A stretch of 63,589 nt of DNA, filler included, from Nemertoderma westbladi (GCA_032718475.1; 3 parts of 3 records of this genome joined end to end with filler, not necessarily neighbours in it); one strand, 5' to 3'; counted from the first letter of the whole stretch, positions 48,370 through 61,470 are shown. Numbers and translations are program-made. The notes: generated by a model from the letters alone, not told the origin.

Positions 48370-51166
48370 GCCGATAGCGGCGGTAGGCCTAAAAACAAAT
48401 ATGAAATCACCTACCTGCTGACCTGACACCAGACACAGACTGACAGAGACCTGACACGACTACACAGCCTGACAGCTGCAGAGCAGCAGAGTTGCACAGC
48501 TACACGATCAGGCGATACAGCTGATGACACAATTCTGAATTCAGCAAACAGGAAAGTGGGAAGTGAAATAAGGCAGTACACACAGCAGCAGTAAGGCTCG
48601 AGGCCAGCAGCCAGCTCAGCAGATCTGCTGTATGCAGGTACCACGATGCAGGGATCTGGACCGGTATGTGGTGTACTGCTGTACCACTGTATACCTGGCA
48701 CCTGGTGCTGGTACAGTGGTAGGTGTGGCCGTATGGCTGTATGGGTGCCTCCATAAAATATAGTAGGCCATGGTGCCTCTAAATGCTCCGATCAGCTGAT
48801 CAGGTAAACAGCTGCAATTGCAACATAAACATCATTAGGATGTATTAATTGTATTGTAGCTTTGGGTCTATGAATGAATACAATAAAGTAATAACATCAA
48901 AAATCAATCAATAATATATAACAAATTATTATTACATACTCTACTGTACATATTGCTATTTTTAGAAACAGCAGTTGTTCTTAATCCATTTCTTTGTGCA
49001 GGCATTTGTAGCCTTAGTGTACAGTACAGTATGTAACAAACATGTAGCTTATTCGGCGACATATACTGTAGTTATTAGGCCTACTAACTGTAGTTTTAAT
49101 AATACGCCGCCGATCACTACCTTCAGAAAACAAATGCTGGGAGCACAGTAGGCCTACACTATTATATAAAAACATTTTGATGTGCTGTAAAGTTTATTAG
49201 GCCTACTACTGTATTTGTGTATTTTATTAAGAATTAAATGGTTTCATCATGTAAGTATTTATGGTGATATTGATATTGATTTATTAGTGATAATGTAAAA
49301 GTATACATATTAAAAGAACACACATTATACTTCAAATTGAATATAGATACATTAGTACACATATTAAAAACAAACAATATTATACATAGTAGGCCTTCAG
49401 TATAGCGTATTACTCAAGAAGACTTAATTAAAAACACGGGTTAAAACATGTTAAAAATTGGTATGCACAATTGGTAATAAAACATTGATATCCTATTAAT
49501 TCGATTAATTCACATTTAGGTAATATAACTTACTTATTATTGTAAAAATAGGATGTACATAGTGGGTCTACTGTATGCTATACAGGTTAACATTATCACG
49601 TAATGGAATAGCCACATGAGGCGTACCTCATTTCCATGTGGGTCCTCGCAAAGCACTAGGTGTGTGGCAAAAGTAGGTCTATAAAATATGGCAGCAAATT
49701 AAAGTTATAATAAAAAATAACATGTACACGACTCAGATAGGGGGGAAACTGGGCGCAACAAAAATTCATCCCTCTCCAGGAGAAATTCGACGCAAAACAG
49801 CTAGCTGATTATTCTCAAAAATAAAACGGTAACCTGTTCTATTAGGTTTAGTTTATTGTTTTGGTTAAAGTAACGTTGGATTTGCGTCCATCCCCCCCCC
49901 CCCCCCCCCCCCCCTGTCTCAATGTACGGGACTAAGACTGCTGTGAAAATTGTAAATATTGGGTCAAAATGTTTGCAGGTTTGGTTAGTTACATAGTAAG
50001 ATAAAAATAAAATTAAGAATTCAAGAATATCATAGTTAGCATGTATTCAAATATAAAATAATCCAAATATATAATTTAAGCGTCTATAAAATAATGAGTT
50101 TCATAGATTTGTAAGGCTATTTAGGTAGTGGCGCTTTGTTGGGTGCTTAAAACACTCAACAGGCGTTGCTTCAGTTACGCTATTGGGCAGGGCGTTCCAG
50201 AGCTCTGGCCCCTGAGGTCAAACGAGTTCTGGGCAAATGGAGTATTCTTGTGTAGGATTGAGGCTATTGTTTGGTAGTAAACTGGTTTGTTATTTAATAT
50301 AGCCAATAATGAAATTATTTTAAAATATAATAGGCCTACGATTAAATGAAAATGCAGCCCAACAGCAAAGAAAGATAATATAATAATTACATAGATACGT
50401 AATATTAACTGGTAATCTAATTAACCTCTGTAAATAACTAGAAAGCCAGCAAGCTGGTTGGAAGGAACCCGGGGAAAAAATACTATTTACAAGACTATTA
50501 TAAATAATCCTTGTCGGTCAGCAGTAAGTAAACTAAACAATTGTCTAAACTATAAGGCGTGGGGCTAGCTGACTTTGTGGCTCGTCCCACATAATAAATA
50601 ATGAAACTTTGCTATGACAACACACCCGGTTCTTTTAAATTTGCGTGATTTGAGTTTTATGCTCGCACCACTATTTGTAAGAAATGTTAAAACTTATTTT
50701 ACAGTATGCCAATGTAGTAATGGTATTAAAATATTATTAAATTAATTTACACTATTAATGCTTCAGCTAAAAAATGATGCTAATCCTATGTAATAAAAAC
50801 AATAAGAATATTATAGTATATTTAGGCTACAGAATTTTCCGCTTACCGGTTAGCAATTCATTGATTGATAATGTCTGCGATCTGCAGTTGAAATATATTT
50901 CTGTATTTTGTATTTCATACGGACAAATTAATTATACCTCCTAATTAAACTTATAATTTTCAATACTTATTATAACCTTCACCTGTTTGTACATTTAATT
51001 AAAAGATTTGATCAAAAGATCGGGACTTGATTCCAGTGGTTTTAATTTTAATGAATGTTGGATTATCTTCCGTATATACAGTAAGTATGAGGTTCGTTAC
51101 TGTTTATAAATACTATACCGAACATATTATTTAACTTTAATTATTTGACAAAATTATAACACTGAT

Positions 51167-52888
51167 ATGGCAATGAATACTACTGTAATTCCTCTTACAA
51201 AAAGTCACATTAACAACCAAAAAACTCAACCCTATCTTCATGGGTCAGTTTGTGACCTGATAATCAAAGCCGGTGACAAGTATAAAAATGATATCGCGTA
51301 CATATTCCACGAGACTAATGAAAGTGTGACCTTTGGGGAAGTCTATGAGAAATCCAAAGAATTCGCGTTCGGTTTAGTTGAGCTGGGATTGGCTAGCGGT
51401 GACAGATTAGCTATTTATTGCGGAAACACTTTGCGATGGATCGTTGCCTTTTGGGGTGCGATTATTGCAGGTGTTATTGTGGTCCCGCTTAATTATATGG
51501 CAACCTCATCTGAGTTGTTGAAATACCTCAGTCACGTTGGCGTAAAGGCATTGCTATTTTCTCGGGGATGGCAGGACCAAGATTTCTACCAAACAATCAT
51601 GAACATTTGCCCAGAAATAATCACTTGCGCGGCAGGGGACTTGAAAATCAAAAAATTACCAGAATTACGATACATTATTTATATGAACGATGTAAAACGA
51701 ATGGGAACTTTTTCTTGGAAGGACATTTGTCTCTTGGGCAGAAAAAGATCAATAATAAATTATGAATTATCACTTCAGTTAAATTTAGCTAATCCCGTCA
51801 TGTTGATGTTCACAAGTGGAACAACTGGAGTATCGAAAGCTGTCCAATTCACCAACCATGGTTTACTAAACGCCATGGTTCCGTACAACCTGCAGCCCGG
51901 GTTCTATAGTGATGGCAAGGTGGACCATCTAATAGAAACACCATTTTTCGGCGTCCTGTGCTTAACCTTCGGTATTATACTTCCAACATTTACCGGTGAA
52001 ACTGTCGTGGTTGGCTCTACTTTCCCTGACTCTGACAAAATGTGCGAAGCGATTGCGAAATACAAAGTTACCTCCCTGGTTGGTGGATCGCAATCACTGA
52101 TGGCCTTGTTAGACAATAAGGATAAGTACGATTTATCATCTTTGAAGTTCGCAACAGCCGGGGGAATGCCTATCGCACGATTACTTCTTACACACGTTGA
52201 ATCCGACTTACCGAATATAAAAACGAGGCACATTTACGGAAGTACCGAGACCTTGGTCGTGGCTGTGGGTGATTTTAATGATAGCCAGGAGATACGAATC
52301 TCGAATGAAGGATTCCCAGTTAATGGTCAAGAAATTAAAATAAGTAATGATAAAAACGAAATTGTTGATATTGGTGAGAGCGGGGAGATTTGCATCAAGA
52401 GTGATACAATTACACCGGGGTATTGGAATGATAAAAGGGAGGTTCTAGATAAAGACAGGTGGTTTCGAACGGGAGACCTGGGACGCATCGATAGCAATGG
52501 TTACCTGACCGTGGTCGGTCGTCTCAAAGATATCATTATTACTCGAGGTTTTATGGGTAACATCGTACCTGGTGAAGTTGAAGAAGCTATTAGAAGTAAC
52601 GATAAAGTTTACGATTGCTATGTTTTCGGTGTCCCCGATGGATCGACGGGAGATGAGCGTGTTACGGCTGGTGTCATATTGCATCCCGCGGAACAAGTCT
52701 CTGTGCAACAACTAACCATCTACCTCCGAGAAATTTTATCAGAATATAAAATACCCAAACACATTTTCTTTGTAGACGAATTTCCTAAAACGGCAACCGG
52801 AAAAGTAAGAAAAGATATAATGCGTGAATTATCTCGCCAACAAGCTTTAGATTTATCTTGGAATCACGTTGAGTGCATAACATTCTAA
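51167..52888 (+). CDS. ACSF2: ACSF2-like acyl-CoA synthetase (ANL/AMP-binding superfamily), single exon, 573 aa
   Basis: Motifs MFTSGTTG..K, YGSTE, GEICIK, WFRTGDLG, VVGRLKD, FPKTATGKVRK, plus the ACSF2-type segment VGVKALLF..ICPE...GDLK.KKLPELR. Confidence 0.88.
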   Translation: MAMNTTVIPLTKSHINNQKTQPYLHGSVCDLIIKAGDKYKNDIAYIFHETNESVTFGEVYEKSKEFAFGLVELGLASGDRLAIYCGNTLRWIVAFWGAIIAGVIVVPLNYMATSSELLKYLSHVGVKALLFSRGWQDQDFYQTIMNICPEIITCAAGDLKIKKLPELRYIIYMNDVKRMGTFSWKDICLLGRKRSIINYELSLQLNLANPVMLMFTSGTTGVSKAVQFTNHGLLNAMVPYNLQPGFYSDGKVDHLIETPFFGVLCLTFGIILPTFTGETVVVGSTFPDSDKMCEAIAKYKVTSLVGGSQSLMALLDNKDKYDLSSLKFATAGGMPIARLLLTHVESDLPNIKTRHIYGSTETLVVAVGDFNDSQEIRISNEGFPVNGQEIKISNDKNEIVDIGESGEICIKSDTITPGYWNDKREVLDKDRWFRTGDLGRIDSNGYLTVVGRLKDIIITRGFMGNIVPGEVEEAIRSNDKVYDCYVFGVPDGSTGDERVTAGVILHPAEQVSVQQLTIYLREILSEYKIPKHIFFVDEFPKTATGKVRKDIMRELSRQQALDLSWNHVECITF

Positions 52889-54149
52889 AACATTACGGTG
52901 TGGTACAAAATACGTTATAATCCTAACTCTATAGGTGTATAATATTTATTGGTGGTGAATGGTAGACCTATCAATAATGCCTCAGATAGTGGCGCAATAT
53001 GACCGCAATTGTACAGAGTGATCTAATTTAATAAATTGGTCGCATATGAAAAATGACAATATTGATTTATTGTTTTGGTTAGAAAACACCGACATTGTAA
53101 CCTAATCCTTTCACTTAATGTTTGAAATTAAATTAAATTAACCTTTTAAACCAACTAAACATATATTTAGTGTTTGGGGTCATTTGCGCCATTGTCTCTA
53201 TTATAATTAATTAATTATTTATGGTGCGATAAAAAATAAATATGGCGGAGGAAACTGTTTTACAAACAAATAATTATTGTTTTGTTGAAGATATTATATA
53301 GGCCTACCCGGGTATATTATTTAATGACGTAGAATAATAAGTTAAGGAGATATGTAGTCGGCCTACTTTCCATTTAATTTTTCACTGCTCCTATTGGAAT
53401 AAAAATCTTCAAAACCGAAATTGTCATCCTATGATAAGGGGGTCTGGAGGAGAAGATTCTGAAGAGTCTGGTATTCGATTAATTTTTAATTAATCAATTA
53501 ATTATTTAATTAAAGGGTTAATTTACTTATATAATTAATTAATAAGATCATTTTCATCCAGAGTACTCTACCATTGAGTCTATGGAAAAATCACACATTT
53601 TTCAAATTCTTATTAGGCAAGATAATTCCTCAAGATTATAATTTTGTTCTAAAAGTCCCGACCTAATGAAACAGAATAGGCTATCTATCATAATATAAAG
53701 TTATTTTCCCATAGGCCCAAGCCCAACATTATGTCCAACATTTTGTATTCTCGAACACTAACAAATCTATTTAAATAATTTAAATACGAACTTCCATTAT
53801 TCTTACAACTGATGCACAGCTGCTTTGTGACCTCGGATAGATATTAATTAGGTGGTCCATCAGTGGTGAGAGACGTTTAATCAAATAAAATTTAGCGGAA
53901 ATGCGCACTAAATATTAAAAATTTTATATTTTGTATTATATGTCTTAGAGGCTCGGTAAAGAATTATTTAGTGTATTTGTAATTCTTTAGATAGAGAACA
54001 ATCTCTTCAATTTCGATTAAGGCTAAAGCGCATTTTGGGTTTTTTTTATGACAGCTATAAATATATAACTTTAGCCAATATTTATTAGGTATAAACTTTA
54101 GCTAATCTAAAATACGGATAAAAAAAGCGCTTACAAGCATTAAAGCTTT

Positions 54150-54540
54150 GTATGCCAAACTCAAATATTATGCTTTTGAATACCTATTTTCCTGTCGATA
54201 ACAGATCCATTAGTGCAGTTTCTGGCGCATTTCTTTCTCTTATGAACGATATAGGTAATATCGTATCACAATCTGTTAGTTCTAACCTACTGTGGTGTGG
54301 AGACGTCAATTGCGATTTTTCACGGACGTATGCCCATGTTCATGCGATTTTAGACTACATTATTAGTAACGATCTAAATATACTTTGGGATACCGTACCA
54401 GTAACCAGTACATTTCATTGTATTTTGGAAGGTATTTCGCATTGTTCAACTGTTGAACATTTTATTATGAGCTATTCCGTGTTGGAAAATTTTTTAGAAG
54501 CGGGGGTTGTTAATTTGGGTTCCAATTTGTCAGGTCATGA
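54150..54540 (+). mobile_element. LINE APE-endonuclease fragment
   Basis: LLNTYFP, WCGDVNCDF, S.VEHFIMS, NLSGH (degenerate SDH motif). Confidence 0.75.
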
Positions 54541-54544
54541 CAGG

Positions 54545-55835
54545 TGTTCCCCCTGAGGTCTTTAAAATACCCGAGTGTTTAAAGCTCATCTATCCCATCA
54601 TAGTAGACATGTACCGAACAACAAGAGTCCCACAAGAAATGAAAACAAATAAGTTGGCGCCAGTTCCCAAGAAGGGCAACCTAACACTCTATGGTTCTTT
54701 TCGGGGAATCTCATTGATCTCGATTGCTGCAAAGCTATACAATAGAATTCTATTAAATCGCATCAGGGATCCCATTGAGAGACTGCTCCGTGGAAATCAG
54801 AATGGGTTCCGTAAAGGTCGTGGGACCATGGAGCCCATTTTGGCACTTAGAAGGATAATTGAAGAGTTATCAAAAAAGAAAGACAGGCATCTGGCTGTTA
54901 TCTTTGTTGACTTCTTCAAGGCCTTTGATTCAGTCTCTCGCTCACGTATGTTCAGCATACTTTCATTATATGGGATTCCTGATGAAATTATTGCAGCAAT
55001 CAGATCAGTATACGATGGTTCGACAACGTTTGTGTCTACTGTTGACGGTGACACAGAACCATTTGAAGTGTTATGGGGCGTCCTCCAGGGAGACACACTT
55101 GCACCATTCTTGTTCATAATTGTCGTTGACTATGTTCTACGCATGTCCTTAGATCATCATAATGATGATGGGGTGATGATAACTCCACCTACTGGCTCCA
55201 GAAGTCGAGGAAATCCTGCCAAGTACCTAACTGATCTAGACTTTGCTGATGACTTAGGAGTACTCTCAGAATCACTAGAGGGAGCCCAACGGCTCCTCAG
55301 CTCATTAGAACATGCTGCTTCTAGTGTTGGTCTTTTTATTAACTCCAGAAAGACCAAAATGTTGACAGTTAACTTTGAAAGTCCTCAGCAAGTCTCTGAT
55401 CGGATGAGCATAAGCTCAAAAGATGGTATGCTTGAGCATGTGGATGACTTCTGTTACCTGGGATCATGGATCCGGAAGTCAGGTGAGGACATTCGAATAC
55501 GTAAGGGAAAGGCATGGGCGGCCTTGAATAGGCTTTCCAGGATTTGCAAGTCACCGAGAATTAATCGGAAACTTAAGGTCCGATTATTTAGAGCAACAGT
55601 AGTTCCAGTACTCCTCTATGGGAGTCCATGCTGGGCTCTAACTGCTGAGGACACCAAATCTCTGGATGGCACATTCACAAGAATGCTACGCCGGGTTCAG
55701 TGTGTCAAGTACAATGCACACATCTCCAAACAGAAACTATATAACATCGGAGGTGTCTCATTGGTTCCCCCAAGCTTGACACTAGAACAAAATCGCCTCC
55801 GCTTTGAAGGACATTGCTTTCGCCGTGAGGACCAG
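54545..55835 (+). mobile_element. RTE-clade LINE (family B) RT region, truncated at both ends
   Basis: PVPKKG, FRGISL, NQNGFRKGR, FVDFFKAFD, GVLQGDTLAP, LDFADD, FCYLGS, RLRF.GHCFR. Homology ends after 'gaggaccag'. Confidence 0.93.
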
Positions 55836-56172
55836 TGTAAAAGCTTTTGCGTAATTAACCGGTTATTTTCCCTTAAAGTACTCTGTAGTTGGTTTACCAG
55901 GCATAAAAAGGCCGTGTCCTTGCTGTACTGGTGTTTTAGAGGACATAAAAGTCATTTCTTCTGTATTTGTACTTTAGAGGACATAATCCGCAATCTCGTG
56001 ACGCGATAAGCTAGATACTCTTGAAAACAGTGTCGCTACCATGACGACGGCTAACAGCTGATATTGCCACGTCGACATTTCTTTGTTTCTTTGTTCTCTC
56101 GTTGTTCGGTTGACCAATCAGAGCGTTTTTTGTCTCTGTGTTGGAGGTGGATACAGAACTCAGTAGTTCAGT

Positions 56173-56272
56173 NNNNNNNNNNNNNNNNNNNNNNNNNNNN
56201 NNNNNNNNNNNNNNNNTTAATTAATTAANNNNNNNNNNNNNNNNNNNNNNNNNNNNNNNNNNNNNNNNNNNN
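56173..56272. other. Artificial contig linker (N44-TTAATTAATTAA-N44)
   Basis: Identical format to 26733-26832. Confidence 0.97.
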
Positions 56273-56304
56273 GCACCTGCACAAGGCTATTTTTATTCTA
56301 TTTA

Positions 56305-56632
56305 CTCTGGAGTCCCTAATAGACGGGGCGACACGGCTATTACTTTTTGAAAAAAAATCCACCCATAATTATCTTATTCCAGACAACCCGACTATTAATT
56401 TTTTCTAGAAAATTTAGTACATTTATTATTATGAGTAAATAACCGGTTGTTCTCATAATAATTGAGAGTTGAAAGTGAAAGAAAACAAAAACCTTGTACC
56501 GAGTATACCACAGGTAGCCGTAGGTACTACTGTACGTGTACGCCTATCTATACTGATGTTAGTAAGTAAGTATGTTAAATTTTTCCACCACCCCGTTTAT
56601 TCCACCCACCCCGTCTATTCGGAACTCCAGAG
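56305..56632. mobile_element. Tc1/mariner/pogo-type MITE
   Basis: TIR ctctggagtccctaatagacgggg / ccccgtctattcggaactccagag, flanked by TA on both sides. Confidence 0.85.
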
Positions 56633-57717
56633 TAACCGTATTCTGGAACATTCTGTTTATGTATCAAAATTAAAAGCCATGTACTAGTATTATTTTAGAC
56701 GTATTGCATTGTATTGACGTCTCTACTTAAACTTATGAGATAAACAAAATGTTTCAGAATATGATGTTTTATTAAATTATAATAATGTATTTACTAGAAC
56801 GCTATCAAGATAGCTTTAAACGAAACTGTCTTACACAGACTCCGATTGGAAGATGCACACCAAGAATGAGTTACATCAACCAAACAAAACTGCCTCCCAT
56901 CGAAAGTAAAACACATTCACCTAATGCTAACAATCACAATTAGTGCGATGTGTGAAGTTATCCCCATCCGCAACCTGGGTAACGGGCCCAAACAGAAGTT
57001 TATTCTGCTAAGCGGTCTTACTGTATTAGATAAATATAATAAAGAACACTAATTAAGTGTCTAAGGCCACTAAGGTCCGTGAAGCAAGTCGTAGGAGACA
57101 GTACGAGTCAAATAAAAGCTTTTTGTTCTGTCTGATAATAAATTAGTGTGAGGGTAGTCCCGGTGGTGTACGAGAAATTTTCTAGACAACTTCAAACTAT
57201 AATTATTATGTTGTGGCATTATGCTATGGTTTATTTCAAAATAAATGTTTTATTTATTTTATAGTTTATACTTTAGTGGTATTTTTATCATTATTCTACA
57301 GTTAATTACCATGTGATTAACGATCTTAACGGTCTTACACATTTTATTGACATAATAAAATTTAAGCTGTAACTTATTTTATACACTGTGATCTCAGGTA
57401 TGAATGTTAAAAAATATTAATATTTACAAAATAATAAGATACGAAAATACGATACGAAATGCGAAAAATAATTATTCGTATTAAACGATACGAAGTAAAT
57501 TTTTATGATACGATACGAAAGTCGATACGAATAAAATAATGCGACACGAAATACGAAAATCCGTTTTCGTATCGTATCGTATCCTGTCCCTGCTTTCTTT
57601 CTTACAGTACTCAATTCTTACGACTTTCTAAAAATATCGAACCAACCTTTAGACCGGATAGTTCTTGTCAAGAGTTGAGCCGTTCAAAAACACGATATGG
57701 TTATGTGTGTGTGTATA

Positions 57718-59100
57718 CTACTACTACTACTAGGTCGAGCGAACTTGGACAGTGGAAATGAGATCCTTCCAGGCTTCCCGATTCTCCATAGTTGTCGCAA
57801 TTTCGTTTCTCCCAAGTTCCGTATCCCTTTCAAGTTGATCTATATATGTTATGGGCGGTCGTCCACGACTACGCTTTCCATGAGTTGGTTGCCAGAAAAG
57901 TAGATCTGGTATGACCTCTTCTTTACTTCGCCAGCAGTGCCCACTGAATCTTAATCTGCGTTCACGGAGGGTGGTTGATACAGGTGGTATTGTACCATAA
58001 AGCTCGGCATTTGTCATGTGTTGTCTCCAGCTGATGTTTAGGGCTGCCCTTAGTAGTCTTGTGTACGCAACCATTAATTCGTTGTTCAAGTGATTTAGTA
58101 AGTGTCCAGGTCTCACCCCCGTATAAAAATACACTTTCCACTGTGGCTCGAAAGAACTTAGTCTTCAGGTGCCTGGAGAGATCTGATTTCCAGATGGTAT
58201 CCATTTTTTATAGAGCTACCCAAGCCTTTGCTTTCCTAACTTCTATGTCCTTTTTGCTACTCTCTATCCATGATCCAAGGTAATGGAAGTCGTCGACCTT
58301 CCTTAGTTGATTATTATCAATGGTTGTCAAGTTTCCATCAACATTAAAGGTCATGAATTCGGTCTTGGTAGCATTTATATGCAATCCAACCTCCTTAGTA
58401 GCCCTCTCCACTTTATTTAGTACAAGCTGTGCATCTGCTAGTGTATTAGAGAGCAGGGCGATGTCATCCGCAAAGTCGGTGTCTGTGACTGTAGTTGCCG
58501 GATATCTACTACTTCTGCGTTCTTGAAGTGTAAATCCCAGATCTTCACCCTTTGTGGCCGTCCTCGTTGCGTAATCCAGCACAATTACAAATAGTAATGG
58601 TGCTAATGTGTCACCTTGCAGTACGTCAGCCAGGATTGAGAAAAACTCAATTTCACCATCTGGTGAGAGTACCTGCGCTAATGTGTCACAATATAACAAT
58701 CCAATGCCAGCAACAATTACTTCTGGGATTCCATAAGCTCTTAGGATTGTAAGCATTTCGCCTCTATGGATGGAGTCGAATGCCTTCTTGAAGTCCACAA
58801 AAGTCATGACTGCGGGGAGATTCTTTGACTTAATTCCTTCAATCAGTCTCCGTAGTACAAGTATCTGAGCTATTGTTGATCTACGTGGTCGAAATCCGTT
58901 TTGGCTCTTACGCAGTAGTTTCTCTATGTGAGGCCTAATTCTATATAGAATCATTTTATTGTATATTTTCGCAGCTACCACAAGCAGACAGATCCCACGA
59001 TAGTTTGTTGGTATGCCGAGGTCTCCTTTCTTGGGGAGAGGCTTTAGTTGACCTAAAGGTAACAGGTAAAGTTAACATCCAGTTGCAAACATTCAATAAT
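57718..59100 (-). mobile_element. 5'-truncated RTE family A copy with (TAG)n tail
   Basis: Highly similar to 16691-18090. RT motifs SQNGFRP, FVDFKKAFD, QGDTLAP, DFADD, YLGS. Confidence 0.95.
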
Positions 59101-59109
59101 GGTCTGTTG

Positions 59110-60617
59110 TCTGTGTATAACCATCCAATATCTCAAAAATTGAAGCATGACGGCCTACGCAAAATCTTTAACGCGACTATTTATCAATTAGTATTTAGTA
59201 GTAGAATAAAAAAAGTTGGGAACGATTCGATGTGCGATATTCGAAAAAATAATTATCATATTATTATCAGCATTATGGAACGCGAAATTAAATACCCACA
59301 ACTACACTTTTACAGCTGAACAACATTTCACTACATATTGTCAATTGGAGTTACGTACATTAATTATATCGTTAATTATTGTTCTATCTCTATTCAGTAG
59401 AGATTAATTAATAGAACTCTAGAGAGACTGATACAGGACGCGGGATCACTAGGGGACCCACAGAACATCCAGGAATTCTCCGACTCTATGAAGGATGCCT
59501 ACTATAAGTTAGTGTCAAGCAGTACATCATTTATTTATAAATCGTAAGTATCTAGAGGGCCTAATTGTCATCGTTAAAATACTGCCATCAACTCAGGCTA
59601 AGCTCAATTATAATGCAAAGGCTTAGTAGGTTTTGTATATCTGGGACGTTTACAACAGCTGTCGATTAAACTAACAAAACCAGAAAACTCAACCAGGGTG
59701 CCCGCCGGGTACCAACAGCTGTTGGGTAGTCTCAATGGAAGATTTCACAAACTTTCACACGAGGCTTGTACAAGTACATGTACATTATATTGGTTGCTCC
59801 GATGTTTTTATTAGGCTAACTGAGAATGTATTAGGTATAAATAATTAGTGTTCTTTATTATATTTATTTAATACAGAAAGGCCTCTCCGCAGAATAAACT
59901 GCTCTTTGGGGACGTTTCCCAGGTTGCGGATATGGATAACATTTCACAGATCGCACTAATTGTGATTATGATTTGTATGCTTAGGCGAATATTATATTAC
60001 ATGGCAGAGTTTTTTGGTTGATGCAAGTCATTCTTGGTTTGCATCTTCCAATCCCATAGGTTTCTTGGAGTCTGTTTAAGACAGGTTCGTTTAAAGCCAT
60101 CTTGATGGCGTTCTAGTTTCTATCTAAAACATTTTCAGTTAGCCTAATAAAAACATCGGAAGCAGCCAATATTATGTAAGTACAAGCCTCCTATGAAAAT
60201 TTGTGAAATGTTCCACTCAGTCTAGCCAACAGCTGTTGGTACCCGGCTGGCACCCTGGTTCAGTTTTTTACTTTTGTTAATTTAATCGACAGCTGTTGTA
60301 AACGTCCAATATACGTACTGACAATTAATAGGCCCTACAGATACGTCATATAAATGATGTACTGCTTGACATCACACTAACTGCCGGAATAGATATAGAA
60401 CAATAATTAACTATATAATTAATGTACATAACTCCAAATGTACATAACTACAATTGACAATAAGTAGTAAAATGTTGTTCAGCTGACAAAGTGTAGTTTT
60501 TGGTATTTAATTTCGCGTTCCTTAATAATGTTGAGCTAATATTCTTGATAAATAGTCGCGTTTACAATTTTCCAATAGATGCTTAAGTAGTTTGAAGCCA
60601 TTTGGTGGTTATACATC
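59110..60617. mobile_element. Old foldback element with long diverged inverted arms; its centre recurs inverted at ~56790-57055
   Basis: For example ggacgtttacaacagctgtcgattaaa (59644) versus tttaatcgacagctgttgtaaacgtcc (~60280), and ccagggtg..gggtaccaacagctgttgg with its reverse complement. Confidence 0.85.
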
Positions 60618-60834
60618 CAAACTTCCATCGTGTTTTTGCCGGCCTCAGCTTTAGACAAAAACTACCCAGTCTAAAGTCAGGTTCGTTATTAAATTGTTAT
60701 TAAAGTATTGAAGAAAATAAAATAACGTTATTTCTGCAACAATTTATTAAATAAGATTATTAAAAAAATACAGTAGTTGCACAGATTCGGTCGTATCGTC
60801 CTTACCTTATGTTAGAGGCAATGAGTGCGGAAAT

Positions 60835-61100
60835 GAAAAAAAAACAAGGAGACCTCCTTGTAACAAGAAGGAAAAACAGAAAAGGTCTCACGACTCATTT
60901 CCAGTATAGACCCCTCAGAACTATACTCCTTACAGGCAATGAGATAACTGGTACTCATTTAACGACCATTTAAGTAACAAAGCAAATAAATATGCGCGCG
61001 CCCTGGTTTGGTTAGTCCCTTAGCATTTGTGCCAAAACGAAAACTATCCTGGCCCGCCTGCAGGAGAACAACCCCACGACCTCTGGAGCGATATTAATTC
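60835..61100 (-). mobile_element. Diverged copy of the tRNA-derived SINE
   Basis: Shares atttccagt..cagaact..gtactca..gccctgg..gcatt.gtgcc.aaacgaaaact..cctggccc..cccacgacct with 42750-42945. Confidence 0.7.
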
Positions 61101-61234
61101 AAGGAAATGTATTTAAATGCTACGCAAGGCTTGTTGAAAAAATTGAATACGCGTATTGTATTAGAACACGATCCTTAAAAATACAAAGTATGCTGCCTTT
61201 TTGTTCGTTCAATATGCTCAAATTAACAATAAAC

Positions 61235-61470
61235 ACAATATTGCAATGTTCTAAAGTTAATATACGGAAATAAAAACCCTCAGCGAATAAAACTGTAATA
61301 ATCACTTCTGCCTAATCCTTCAGCAAATTAACCTAATATAATAACCTCGGCCTGCGGCCTCGGTAATTATACAGGTTAATTTGCTTCTGGAACGGCATCA
61401 GTGATTATTCAGTTTTATTCGCTTCAGGTTATTATTTCCGTATATTAACTCTAGAACATTGCAATATTGT
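61235..61470. repeat. ~235-bp palindrome with a cctcggcctgcggcctcgg centre
   Basis: acaatattgcaatgttcta..gttaatatacggaaataa..gcgaataaaactg..aataatcact pairs with 61400-61470. Confidence 0.9.

Noticed and set aside
51167-52888. Luciferase or bacterial contaminant/HGT
   Set aside because: Has an animal ACSF2-type segment, no PTS1, and flanks carrying the same host repeat families with no operon context. Phylogeny is still needed for certainty.
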